Origin: Eledone cirrhosa
Taxonomy: Eukaryota
DNA length: 64,000 bases
Assembly (NCBI GenBank): GCA_964016885.1
Contig: OZ024740.1
Coordinates: forward strand, 85,312,001 to 85,376,000
Direction of reading: 5' to 3'
The position numbers were made by a program, and so were the translations under genes. Shown one piece after another: positions 29,936 to 43,678 of the stretch. How positions within the stretch are numbered: the stretch's first letter is position 1; the number at the start of each line of letters is the position of its first letter. The notes under the pieces are model-generated. The model saw only the letters and a program-made list of their open reading frames with translations, did not search any database and was not told where the DNA came from.

Positions 29936-30278
29936 TATTGGGTTGTTAATTCACTGAGGAACTGGAGTCATATCCAGTTCCTCAGTGAATTAACAACCCA
30001 ACAAGGAACTGGGCATATCAGAGTATTGACAATATTATACACCTAAACAACATATGTACTTGTCTATACCATACTAATTCAAACTGCCTGAAGAGGTCAC
30101 AGCCAAAGATGGCTGTCACTGAAATATATATAGCAGTAATAAACGAAGCTAAATTTTAATCATTTGACTTTTATTTAACTTTATTTTACACTACTCCGGA
30201 GTAACCAAACCAACCTGCGCACTTCGTCGAGTGCTCCAGCCTGCATACTGAGGTGTTGGTATACAACCAACATAAACT

Positions 30279-30282
<4 letters not shown>
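29936..30282 (+). mobile_element. HHR-bearing PLE-derived element, copy A (short fold-back head)
   Basis: Hairpin 29938-30002, HHR 30083-30137, tail runs into (TA)n; homologous to 30380-30925. Confidence 0.85.
30083..30137 (+). ncRNA. Minimal type-I hammerhead ribozyme
   Basis: ACTGC-CTGAAGA-GGTCACAGCCA..TGGCTGTCACT-GAAA-TATATA-TA-GCAGT. Confidence 0.85.
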
Positions 30283-30358
<76 letters not shown>

Positions 30359-30379
30359 GTATATATATATATATATATA

Positions 30380-30925
30380 TTGAGTATATGCTGGTTGTCT
30401 ACCGACACCTCAGTATGTAGAATGGAGCACTCGACGAAGTACACAGGTTGATTTGTTTACTCCGGAGTAATGTAATATAATTAAGTGAAATATGTAAAAT
30501 TTGGCTTCGTTTCCTATAAATTATAGATATACTGCTATATATATTTCGGTGACAGCCATCATTGGCTGTGACCTCTTCAGGCAGTCCGAATTGGTGTGGG
30601 AAGGACAGGTACACATGTTGTTGAAGTGTGTTTTACTCCGTCAATACATCGATATGTCCAGCTCCTGGTTGTGCTATTATTTCTCCGAGGAACTGGAATC
30701 ATATCTTCCAGTTCCTCAGAGAAATAACAACGCAACCAGGAGCTGGACATATCGATGTATTGACGGAGTAAAACACACTTCAACAACATGTGTACCTGTC
30801 TTTCCCACACCAATTCGGACTGCCTGAAGAGGTCACAGCCAATGATGGCTGTCACCGAAATATATATAGCAGTATATCTATAATTTATAGTAAACGAAGC
30901 CAAATTTTACATATTTCACTTAATT
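30380..30925. mobile_element. HHR-bearing PLE-derived element, copy B, with about 220-bp fold-back arms
   Basis: Near-perfect palindrome 30479-30925 centred at about 30702; HHRs at 30531-30585 (-) and 30819-30873 (+). Confidence 0.9.
30819..30873 (+). ncRNA. Minimal type-I hammerhead ribozyme (mirror copy 30531-30585 on -)
   Basis: Stem I ACTGC/GCAGT, CTGAAGA, long stem II, GAAA, palindromic TATATA stem III. Confidence 0.85.
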
Positions 30926-31377
30926 ATTTTATATATATATATATACACACACACATATGTATATGTATATTTATGTATATATTTGTGTCTGTGTGTGTAT
31001 AAGAACAATGTTGTCAGAACTGACATCTATGCAATGCAATCTTCAATTGTCTGCTATGAGAACCACCCAGTTACGTTGCCTTCTTATGGGCTCCATCTCC
31101 CTTTCATCTCTTGGATCAGATATTTTCCTGTCAGATATTTCCATTGCTGCGTGCACTGATGAGGTCCTTCCCACCACACACACACGCGCGCAGCCACCCT
31201 TCACACATATACTCAGAGCCTAGTGTGCGCTTTACTGTTCTTTAATACAGACCACCCTCTATAACACTTAGGATTTTCCTGATGACGTCACCATCACAAA
31301 ATAATAACATAATAAATGTGAATACAGCAGTATATATTTAATAGTTATAATGACTTTACCACAAGGTACTACCGCCC

Positions 31378-31379
<2 letters not shown>

Positions 31380-31416
<37 letters not shown>

Positions 31417-31429
31417 TATGTACATATAT

Positions 31430-31464
<35 letters not shown>

Positions 31465-31628
31465 TATATACATATATATATACATATATATATACATATA
31501 TATATACATATATATATACATATATATATACATATATATATACATATATATATACATATATATATACATATATATATATACATATATATACATATATATA
31601 TACATATATATATATACATATATATACA

Positions 31629-31670
<42 letters not shown>

Positions 31671-31748
31671 CATATATATACATATACATATATATATATA
31701 TACATATATATATACATATACATATATATATATATACATATATATACA

Positions 31749-31786
<38 letters not shown>

Positions 31787-31791
31787 CATAT

Positions 31792-31846
<55 letters not shown>

Positions 31847-31969
31847 ATATATATATACATAATATATATATATATACATATACATACATATATATATATA
31901 CATATACATACATATATATATATACATATACATACATATATACATATACATATACATACATATATACAT

Positions 31970-32008
<39 letters not shown>

Positions 32009-32393
32009 CATACATATATATATATATACATATATATATATACATATACATACATATATATATATATATATACATATACATACATATACATATATATATA
32101 TACATATACATACATATACATATATATATATACATATACATACATATACATATATATATATACATATACATACATATACATACATATATATATATATATA
32201 TACATATACATACATATACATACATATATATATATATATATACATATACATACATATATATATATATACATACATATATATATATATACATACATATATA
32301 TATATATATATACATACATATATATATATATACATACACATACATGTATATATATATATATATATACATACATATATATATACATATACATAC

Positions 32394-32427
<34 letters not shown>

Positions 32428-32602
32428 ATATATATACATATATATACATATACATATATATATATATATATATACATATACATACATATATATATATATA
32501 TATATACATATACATACATATATATATATATATACATACATACATATATATATATATTCATATACATACATATATATATATATATATACATATACATACA
32601 TA

Positions 32603-32638
<36 letters not shown>

Positions 32639-32747
32639 CATATACATACATATACATACATATATATATATACATATACATACATATACATACATATATA
32701 TATATATATATACATATACATACATATATATATATACATATATATAC

Positions 32748-32800
<53 letters not shown>

Positions 32801-32935
32801 CATATACATATATATATATTTATATATATATATATATATACACACATATATATATATATACATATACATATACATATACATATATTTATATATACACATT
32901 TATATATATATATACACACACATATATACATATAG
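31380..32935. repeat. About 1.55-kb (TA)n/(TACA)n compound microsatellite
   Basis: Direct reading; local 10-bp and 30-bp higher-order units. Confidence 0.95.
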
Positions 32936-33449
32936 GTGTGTGTTTGTGCGTGTGTTATTCATAAATAATGTTACTTTTCTATGACTAAGTTGTATTTTAA
33001 ATACACCATTTTTCAGATGTTTGTGATTCGGGTAAAAGTGTTGCTCTCCAAAGACGGTATTTAGTGTTCTCTGGCAACGTGTTGCACATACATATGGAAT
33101 TTTCTCTCGAAACAGTAACAGCTCAGCCGTTGGGTCCTAACAGTCTACTATATTTACACTCTACTATCCCAAGTATCGAGTTCTCTACTGAACAATGGTC
33201 TTACTAGTTTAAACTGGTAAAATCCTGATCTATCTACCCATTAGTTTTCAACCTATTTGTATTTTTCATTGTTATGGTATAAGTATGGGCACTACCTTCG
33301 GTCGTTTTTCTTGATGTCACACTTTACTATCTTTTGTGTTTACTCTGGACGATAATGTATTAACTTCTCGCTTCATTGAGTGCTTTGTGACTGCCCCTCA
33401 AACAACTCGATTAGTAACTGCTATATGGCAGCTACAACTTTGATTCATG

Positions 33450-33515
<66 letters not shown>

Positions 33516-34120
33516 CACAATGCTTTTGATTTGGTTGAATATGTTTCGTGTGACGTGTAACCCTGTGATAACAAAAGTATCAATATATGACGACTAAAAT
33601 GTTGAATATCTGATGCCTGTAACAAACTAAACAGATTTTTGTTTGTGTGAAACGTGTAATATTATATTCGAAGATATTTTTAAAATATTTGAACAAACCT
33701 TTCGATTCATGACACTAAAAATTCATTAGCTCTGCAAGTTCTAATATCTTTCAATTGATTTAAGGACTCAGATGAATTTTGTAAATTTGTGTCCAAGTCC
33801 CTTCAGGGGTTTTTAAAGTATTTGTACGTTTTTTATATATTAACTTAAAAGGATTTTCATCCAACATGATATAATCCCTAAATATTGAGCCATTAGCCAT
33901 TTGAAATAAAATAGACCTTTTATAAAAATTCAAGATCAAGGCGAAAACAACTAATCTTCTCTTGCAAAATATAACTAAGTTAATGAGATAATTATATGTT
34001 AGTGTCTAAAATATTTTAGCTAAATAGTTTACCTAAACTAATTTTATAGAGAAAAGAGCTGTGATTAAATAGCATGTTGTTCACTGGTTGTTTAACCATA
34101 GCAATTATATAGTCAACATA

Positions 34121-34500
34121 TAATTGTTTCTACTATTGGCACAAGGCCAGAAAATTACCCAGTACATTACTGGTACTTTATTTTATCGACCCCGTAAGGA
34201 TGAAAGGCAAAGTTAACCTCGGCGGGATTTGAACTCAGACTGGCAAGGGCCGTAACTCTATGCGTCAAAGCATGGCGTCCGAACCTCTACCGATACTGCC
34301 AATCCAACATATAATACAATTTATAAACATTATTTTTGAAGGTCAGACGCCATGCTTTGCAGCATAGAGTTATGGCCCCTTATGACCTGAGTACAAATCC
34401 CTCTGAGGTTAACTTTGCCTTTCATCCTTACGGGGTCGATAAAATAAAGTATGACACAGGGAGAATTGCTGGCCTTGTGCCAAAAGTAGAAACAATTATT
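34121..34500. mobile_element. Two SINE A copies in head-to-head orientation (34121-34308 -, 34337-34500 +)
   Basis: Core and tail motifs present on opposite strands. Confidence 0.85.
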
Positions 34501-34704
34501 TTTACTTCTTTCTATCCTTTTACATCCGGGTTCTAATCTTGCTGAAGTCGAATAAGTGTCTAACTACTTCGAACTACATAGAATATTAGTGATCAATATA
34601 ATTTACTTTTGACGCTCCGTAATAGTAAGGTTTACTTCTGTGTCCCGTTCTGTAATTTTAAATTCAGAACTATTTTTTAGTACATTCTAGGTCGGTGGAG
34701 ATAG

Positions 34705-34922
34705 CTGAGACTGTAAAAAAGTTCATAGGCTGACGATGAAGGATTGATGTTAGAACTGTGAAATCTTGCATGCATTAAATTCAACTCTTCTGATTAATAA
34801 CTGCCTTGTTTTTTTTTTGGGGGGGGGGGGGGGGGCAGGTCCTATGTGGAAAAATAAACCTCATTTGGTCATTTCATGAGAGTATCTTGATCAGCTTATG
34901 AACTTTTCAGCCGACGCTCGTA
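34705..34922. mobile_element. Mariner-derived MITE
   Basis: Inverted homologue of 8850-9049. Confidence 0.75.
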
Positions 34923-35662
34923 TATGATAGTACTAAATTGGTTCCGAATTCAAATATCATTCAAACCATTACTGGTTCTATATACTTGTGTAAATTGTGT
35001 CTACAACAACACTTCCTGAACAAATAAATATGTCTTATTTCCAAGAACACATGGTGCGTTTAATAAAACTGGCTGACGACGTGAAAATCACGTGGTTTAA
35101 GTAGAAACAAATACAAAGTATTGAAGATCAATATGACATTTTAAATGTTTTATATTCACACAATTTATATATACAGTTCTCAATTACACATATAAAACAC
35201 AAAATAAATCAAATGAATTTAATAAATGCTTGAAATTACCAAAATGAAATATTTAGCTCATTTATTATTTGAAAGTAAACAATGTTTTTCGTAAAAGTAA
35301 TCAGTGACTCACTCTCTCTCTCTCACTGTGTTACAATCCCTTTTCCATACTTGTTAAAGTGTGGGATTTCGGCGTTGCTGTCACTACCACAACCACCGCT
35401 CTATTTCTTTCTTTCACACACACACACGAGATACACTCGTATTACCAGTCCTTTCCCAATGTGACAGACAACCAGAATCATCGACTTTAATATGATAAAT
35501 GATTTTTAAGGACAATAATGAATACATTGAGTAAGTACATTCCATGACCAGCAAGACCCCCTACATAGTCAGTGGAGCTGTTACAAATATCATCAAATTG
35601 TACCCTACCATATTAAAACTACAGGAGCACATTGGATAACATAGTCGTAGAAATAATATCAC

Positions 35663-35953
35663 CAGAGGAGTAACTAGGGAATATAGCGCCTATGGCAAAC
35701 AGTGAAATTGCCCCACTGCCCAAATTACCTATGAGCCTAATAATTTATATAAATGGTTTAATGATCCAGCTACAATAGTGCTTCTCACCTATGATAATCA
35801 AAGACAGATCATAAGTTTCTCTTTTCACTCTCTGCTGATAAATTATCTGACTATAATAGAAAGTGATTCTAGTTGAAGTGAGCGCCCCCCCCCCCCCTTT
35901 CAAGTGGTGTCCATGGCACATGCCATGCTTGCCACTCCCTAGTCACACATCTG
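35663..35953. mobile_element. hAT-like MITE
   Basis: Imperfect TIRs CAGAGGAGTAACTAGGGA / TCCCTAGTCACACATCTG. Confidence 0.55.
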
Positions 35954-36321
35954 TGTGTCACGGAGGTGGGGGCTAAGAAATGACGGCAAGATCTCGGCTG
36001 GAACACTTTTGATCATATATTTTCTCATCTGGAATGACCTGCGGCTAAACAATAACTAAACATTTCTTTGTAAAAATTTCGTGCTAAAAATAAAAAGTAA
36101 AAAGAGTGAATAAGGCTTATTTTAAATAATCTTGCAGCTTATTGTTCGAATTGTATGGGACGAAAGGTAATTATTTTCCAACAAAAAGATTTCAAGATTT
36201 AAAAAAAACTTTGAATACGATATTCCTATACAAAAGATCGTTATTGATATAGATTCTATAAATACCGTTTTGTATTTGGGAAAATAAAGTTATGACTGTA
36301 GCTGACATATATTCTATATAG

Positions 36322-36665
36322 GCTCAGCATGGCTGTGTGGTTAAGGAGTTTGCTTCGCAATCACGGACTTTCGGATTCAATTTCACTGTGTGGCACCTTC
36401 TACTATGGTCTCCGGTTCACCAATGCTTTGTGAGTAAAATTTCGTAGAGGGAAACTGTGAAGTATCCCGTCATATAGATAGATGTGTGTGTGTCTGTGTG
36501 TCTACGTTTATGTTCCATAACTAAGTGGTTCGAAAAATCGACTTCGATAAAATAAGTATTAAATTTGAGAAAAGATAAGTAGCGGGACCAATTAAGTCCT
36601 TTCAGGCAGTGTCCCAACATGACCGTAGTCCAATGACATGAACTGGTAAAAGAACCAAAGGATAA
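36322..36665 (+). mobile_element. tRNA-derived SINE family C
   Basis: GGCTGTGTGGTTAAG A-box and GGATTCAATT B-box; relatives at 41563-41715 (+), 19940-20070 (-), 43810-44160 (+). Confidence 0.7.
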
Positions 36666-36973
36666 AATAATATACTTTTAGATAAAACCTGGTTAGTTCA
36701 AACAATTCCAAATCTTCTGTCACTGTTTAAAGTATCACAACTTCATATTTCTCATGCTATCAAAGCTTCACTTTAGACACCAGCAAAAAATAAATAAAAA
36801 CTGGAACGTATTACAAAGGCGAAATTATATATTTGATTCGTGTCAGATTAAATAGATTATTTATAAAGTTATCTATTTAATAAAATGTCCTGGTTTATCA
36901 TGTTTCATTGGTGCAGTAACCCAATCAAAACCTCGGCCAGCAGGCTGTTAATGGTGGAATTGAAGTACATTTG

Positions 36974-37210
36974 TTTAACCCTTTTCTGGCCGTATTTCTA
37001 TTGAAATACACACTCTTTTAATTAATGAAGAATTTTGAGGGATTTACTAAAGTTATTTATTTTTTCATTAATGAGAAAGTAACTTAATATATGGTCCTTA
37101 TATAAAATTATGTTGGAAGGTTTTAATTTAAATACGAAGCCTTTAAAATGGGTAGTTTTGTTTCATAGAACCAGAATCGGTTTTGGCGGGTTTGGTGTCA
37201 AAAGAGTTAA
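36974..37210. mobile_element. Possible piggyBac-type MITE
   Basis: TTAA-CCCTTTT ... AAAAGAG-TTAA ends. Confidence 0.45.
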
Positions 37211-37233
37211 ATTCTGACAAAACGTGTTTTAAT

Positions 37234-37264
<31 letters not shown>

Positions 37265-37674
37265 CATCATTCACCGTAAACAAAAGACAGAGCACCTCGC
37301 AATGAGATCTAGGGGGCGAACTTTCATTTAACAATAGCGAAACACAGGCACTAAACATTCCAAAGAAAACAAAAGCATATAACATTATCTTCACTATCTA
37401 TGAATAATATTTGTGTATAAAATTATACACTTTCCGTATACAGACATGTAAACATGTCAAATTTGCGTATTTCCATGTAGATTGAAACATATATGAACAT
37501 TTTTGCCATCTCATCAGAGGATGTGTACATCATTTATTAACTACAGAGATATACGCAATTAATGGTTTGTATAAAATCTACAAAAGGTAATAGCAGCAGT
37601 GAAAGGTCGGTGCTAATTTGTATATTATTAGTATTTTTCCTAGTAACTAATTTCAGTATATATATAAAATAAAT

Positions 37675-37838
<164 letters not shown>

Positions 37839-39189
37839 AGAGAGAGAGAGACAGTAGCCTCTTCAGTGCCATAGACGAGATAACTCGTCCTAACTTGTTT
37901 GAACTCCTTTCCAACAGTTCATAACTCGAAAGCTAGATGGAGTTACTAGTTTATTGATGTGAAGTTTGTCAATCAAAATAATCATTTTACTGGTAAAAAA
38001 ATAAAGAAAACCGACACAGCAACTGTAGTTGTGTAAAATTCGTGCGGCAGTCAACAGGGTAGAAGATTAACCGAGACTGCGTAAATTTGTATATAAATAT
38101 ATACGTTGTGTATATAGACATGTACAAATGTCAAATCCATTCATTTCCTACAAAAATGCTAGCGTCTGCAATCTCTTTTCATTGCAACCACACATATTTT
38201 ACATTCCTTAGACTGCATCATGGAAACTGATTCGTATTTTCAAGATCAGAAAATGCTTCCGTCCTGAACAGTTTTTAAACTTATGCATAGTACAAATATG
38301 TTTAACACTAAAAGATAGCAAACGCCTCAGATAAATATTTAACACTATATTTAGAATGTTACCGAGAGGTATACTTTTCCATCAATAATAATCTATAATT
38401 TTGATTTACCGCTGATTTGAGTTCACCTCCAAGCACTTTCTACTGAATAGTTTATGTTCTTCAGACGTGTTGATTAAATATCACCGTAACTAAAACCACC
38501 TACTCAATGATACAGCTCTTCTTTCGTCTCTCAAAGCACCAAAATAAACATTTCATCCAATCTTTCTGAATTACATCCAGCTGGAATTCTTTCTCTGCCC
38601 ACTAATATTCCTGAATTCAAATTCAATATTAACTGCATTAAGTTCATCTAATTATTATTTTATCATGTGTAGGAAAATTTGCCTATTCTTATCAGTCGAA
38701 TAAACCTCAAAACTTAATCAATTTAACAATAGGGAGCTAAGATAGTATCTTCCTAAACACATAGTATAGTAATTGACTTTTACTGATATTTTCTTTATCG
38801 ATAATGGTTTCTAATATATACACAAGGCCACAAGTTTCGTGGGAGGATATAGTCAATGAAATGAACACTATTACTGGCATTTATTTTCAAACTCGTAATG
38901 AAGAAAGGCAAATTTACCCCAGGCATTTAAACTCAAATAATAAAATACTGCAAGGCATTTTGAGCGTCATTCTATCGATTCTTTCACTCATCACCCTTCC
39001 TCTGTAAACAATACATATTAAGGCATATACACTAAACTTAATGCAAATTGAGAAATATATTTATGACATCAAATATATGAAAAGATTGAGAAAGGTAATT
39101 ATTTAGATACAAATTTTGTAGTAAAATATTCTAGCCAAAATAAGCAGTGATATTCTGAAAAAACATGAAATAGTAACCAGAGCTATTTA

Positions 39190-39575
39190 TTACTTGTACT
39201 TATGCTGGCACTCCTCCGGGATATGTTGAGCTGGCTCCAACCAGTGAATTCACAGCATCACGAAAAAAAGCCGACAAGATTTGTCGATTATAGATGTCCA
39301 ACATGCAGTTAATTTATTACTCACAATTCTCTCAACGAAGACCACGAGGATCTGATATGGATTCAACATCCGATTTGAATGTACTAATTCATTATTACAG
39401 CTGTCCATCACGAAGTTTAAGACAGCCGAAATAAAGGCTCCAGCACGACTGCGCTGCAGTTAAGTTCGTTTTGTAAACGACGGAATTATACAACCAAATC
39501 AACGGAGGCGCAATTTGACAATGATAAACGTTTGAGTTTGACAATGGATTTACTCACATCTAGGGTTACTGCACA
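39190..39575 (-). mobile_element. Degraded LINE RT remnant
   Basis: 'AVTLDVSKS' (LDxSKAFD-like) followed by 'AVVLEPLF' (GSVLGP-like), with stops. Confidence 0.35.
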
Positions 39576-40254
39576 TTGTATTGTTAATTCATAAAGTTAT
39601 TTCATTTAGAATTGATTGACCTTCCTTACAGTAAACCTATTCTCATGTGTTATAATAGATAGGTCCCTATGACATATAGAATAAAATAGCATATATAAAA
39701 ATACATCACAAACATTGAAGATAGAAGATTAATTGAACATAGCTACAATTAGAATGGCAGTGTCTGAAATTGATTTAGTGTTAGAAATTCTCCACTAGGA
39801 TGTTTTATTAAAACTCGTATATGTGTCTCGATAGTTTATAAAAAATACCAAAATTTATAGAACTAGTCAACCTGTGATAATATTCAGCAAAAATGATCAC
39901 AAGCAACACAAATGAATCTGTTCCTCTATCTAATCAGTGGTTTAAAATAAAACTACAGAAACATTTGGCAATGAACAGACAAACATAATTTATATTGACA
40001 TTTTGTTGGCCAGTCAGACTAATATACCATAGAGAACGCTGCAAGTCAACTTCATATTTGAAAATAAATAATTCAATTTGTTTTGCAAAAATGAAATCCA
40101 ATTCTCCAAACAAAAAGTTTTTACATTTACAAAATTAGAAATGTCTCCTGGAAAAAATGCAGATCAAGAGAAATTTGAGGGATAATGGGAGAGAGCGAAA
40201 GGAATAGAAAAATGTGAGAAAACAGTAATAAAATTGAAGATTGCGCAGTTGATA

Positions 40255-41372
40255 ATAATAATATGTTACTAATTTAGGCACAAGGCCATCAACTTGAAAG
40301 GCAAGGGTCGATTAAATCGTCCCCAGTACTTGACTGGTACTTTATTTTATCGATCCCAGAAAGGCGAACGGCGAAGTTGACCTCGTCTCAAAAGAGGACA
40401 ATATATCTCTCGAAGAGATGGCGAAATTATCCAAATACGAAGATCCGAAAATCGAGATAACCCAAATGTGGGTGATATGATTAAAAAAATGATAAACAGG
40501 GAAATACATAACCGAAACCCCAGGACATACAAATATACACAACATACAGAAAATAGCAGCACTAGATACTAAACATATATTACCGAGAGTAGTTAGAAAC
40601 AACAATAGAAATAAGGCCAACAAAAGACTGCATACACCTTGGTATACAGTGACGGCATGCAATAATAATTGTTTCTACTATTGGTACAAGGTCAATATTT
40701 TGAAGGGAAGGGGAAAGTAGACCAAATAAACCCTAGTACGTTACTGGTACTTTATTTAATTGACTCAGTAAGTATGAAAGGGAAAACTAGCCTCAACAGG
40801 ATTTGAATTCAGAACATAAAGGGATGTAGCTATACCGTAAAGCATGTTGTCCGATGCTCCACCGTTACTACCAGTCCAGCATCCCGAGACTAATAATAAT
40901 AGTTTGTTTCTGCTTTAGGAACAAGGCCAGCAATTTGAAGGAGGGGGGGGGGAGTCGATTAAATCGACCCCAGTGCGTTACTGGTACTTTATTTTATAGA
41001 CCCCGTGAGCATGAAAGGCAAAGTTAACCTCAACGGGATTTGAACTAAGATCGTAAAGGGCCGTAACTCTATGCTGCAAAGCAGAGTGCCTGACGTTGCC
41101 AATCCGCCACCCGGAGATTAATGATAATAATGATTTCTAATATAGGCACAAATTTGGGGGGAAATTTGGGGGAAAGTCGATTAAATCGACCCCAGTGCGT
41201 GACTGGTACTTTATTTTATCAACCCCGTAAGGATAAAAGGCAAAGTTAACCTCGGAGAGATTTGAACTCTGAATGTAAAGGGCCGTAACTCTATGCTGCA
41301 AACAAAGCAGAGTGTCCGACGCCCTACTGATGCTGCCTATCTCCCACCCTGAGATTAACGATAATAATAATA
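40255..41372 (-). mobile_element. Stack of four co-oriented SINE A copies
   Basis: Copies at about 40260-40390, 40663-40890, 40900-41117, 41130-41355, each beginning (on +) at a TAATAAT run. Confidence 0.85.
40395..40662 (+). mobile_element. R4/Dong-like LINE 3' remnant
   Basis: 'DNISLEEMAKLSKYED..IEITQMW...IHNIQKIAAL..HIL'; followed by (TAA)n. Confidence 0.7.
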
Positions 41373-41767
41373 ACTGTAATTAAATGAGACATGACTCATG
41401 TATAAATGTGTGACTACATAAACATTTCCGTCTCTGTGAAATGAAAGGATAAAAGAAATTAAATTTAATTATGTAAAGACAAGACACAGCGAAACTGATA
41501 TTTCGTTTCTGAGTGAGTTAGTAGCTTTTGTTGCTTCTGGATTAAAATAACAAATAACAAGGCAAGGCTGTGTGGTTAAGAAGTTCACTTTGTTCGCAAC
41601 TATGCGATTCTGAGTTCAGTCCCACGATGCGACTCTAAGAGCAAGTGTCTTCTGACTGGAGTTGACCAATGCCTTGTGAGTGGAATTTGGTAGACAGAGA
41701 CTGCAGAAGCTCGTCACACACACACGCACACACATATGTATAGGTGCATGTGTGTGTGTATGTATAC

Positions 41768-41813
<46 letters not shown>

Positions 41814-42025
41814 GCATATAACTATGTGTGTGTGTGTGTGCATGTCTATATTTACGTTTGTGTCTGTGTTTGTGTTTTACATGAAGTGGTAGAGACGTTA
41901 GAACGTCGGATAGTATTCATTCTGGCTCTCTGAACGTTGAGTTCGAATCTTGCCGGAGTTAACTTTGCCATTCATCCTTTCAGAGTCGATAAATAAAGTA
42001 CGACACCAATACTAGAGTTGATTAT

Positions 42026-42058
<33 letters not shown>

Positions 42059-43477
42059 TCTCTTTCCTTCTCACTCCCCCCCCCCCCCTCACTCACACAC
42101 ACTCTCTTTCTTTCCTTCTCACTCTCTCTCTCTGAAAGAAATCAGCTGTGTACAGACCAAATGGGCTCTGCCAAGTTTAAATGCCTCAAACATGTTGTAT
42201 GTCATGACGGTGCCCCTATGACTCCAGTGGGAGTCTAGGGCTCCGTGTATCATGTTATATACTCATAATCGCTCATCCATGCAGAGACAATTCTAGGGGT
42301 AATAAGTTTCATTTTAATTAAGCTGAACACAAATGAGATAATTTTTTTTTTTTCCAGTCATTAGACTGCGGTCATGCTAAGGCACCGACTTGAAGAGTGA
42401 AAAGGAGAGTTTGGTGACTTGGTCCAGGTGGAAAGGCAGCATAACACCAAACACTAACTCATTGGAGGCCGGCCAAATCTATACAGGTGACCAGCAAAAA
42501 CAACAACCTCTGGGTCTGTAAATCATTTACTAGAACACATTCAATATTGATTATATCTATCTTATTTACATATTTAGGTTTTATGCTAATCAATATAAAA
42601 ATAACAAAATAGTATTTGAATATTGATTACAAGTAACAGTCAAACATGATCAATTTAATTCCTTACATTAGAAAGAAATTTTCAAGAAATTCGAAAACCT
42701 TGTATTAAGAAGAATGCCTCGAATTAAAAATAAACATCTCTTATAAATATTTTATCATGTAAAACGTTGATAGGAAAAAGGTTCTGACGTCAATTAAGAA
42801 TTTTTACATACCTAATTAATTCTTTACTGAGATATCTTAAGGCTTATTGGCAACGTATTTCTTATTGTAGAACCATATTAAGTAACTTTTTCTGTGTTCA
42901 TTTCTAAATAGTAAAATATTTATGATGGTTTCTAATATTGGCACAAGGCCAGGAGAATGGGGGAAGAGAACAGTTCGTTAAATCTACCTTGGAACTTGAC
43001 TAGAATTTATTTTACTAACATAACTAAAATACAAAGTTGACCTAGGTGGGATTTGGACTCATGAAACATTTATAGTGAATATTTAATGGCATATTACATT
43101 GTGCTATTGAACTCCTTTTAAATAATGTTTTCAAATATCTGCCTTAAATTAAAAAAGTCCCCAACATGGCGAATTATATTTAACGTAGTCAATCATTCTT
43201 TGTAAGCGAAAATTAAACACAAGAAAATAAATTTCAGCGCTACGATGATTAATCCAAAGAAAAATTAAGAAATTAGCAAAAGTTAAAATGTCACCTTTGT
43301 CATTCTATAATTTTGAAACGACACTACAGTATGTGATTGAATGCAACAGATGAATGAATGACTCAACATTTTGTTATCATCAACAATTTCTGACTCGATT
43401 TTCAACAATATTTTAACATCACTGTCATTATCATCTATTGGCAAACACATTAGCACTGACAAGAAGAATTTAATCTA

Positions 43478-43678
43478 TACGAGGATTGGCTGAAAATGCA
43501 TAGGCTGACTATGAAGGAGTGATGCTAGAGCTGTGAAATATTGGATGCATTAATTTTAACTCTTCTTATTAATAACGGCACTGTTTGTTTTCAGGGACTA
43601 TCTTCAAAGATAAACCTCATTTGGTTATCCCATGAAAGTATCTTGGTCAGCCTATGAACCTTTTAGCTGACCCGCGTA
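43478..43678. mobile_element. Mariner-derived MITE
   Basis: TA-CGAGGATTGGCTGAAAA ... TTTTAGCTGACCCGCG-TA. Confidence 0.8.

Noticed and set aside
30479-30925. Palindromes as amplification or assembly artefacts
   Set aside because: Arms carry mismatches, some elements have TSDs, and turnaround points recur in diverged copies; long-read confirmation is still advisable
30399-31002. Paired near-identical ORFs on opposite strands (also 62666/63627 and 62851/63430)
   Set aside because: A by-product of DNA palindromes; no protein features
33001-33065. Possible 40-nt micro-exon (TTTTCAG...GTATTT)
   Set aside because: Such signals are frequent by chance in AT-rich DNA; no support
37143-37394. Secreted-looking ORF with poly-Thr
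   Set aside because: Non-ATG start; poly-Thr comes from a (TAG)n microsatellite; the end overlaps a probable MITE
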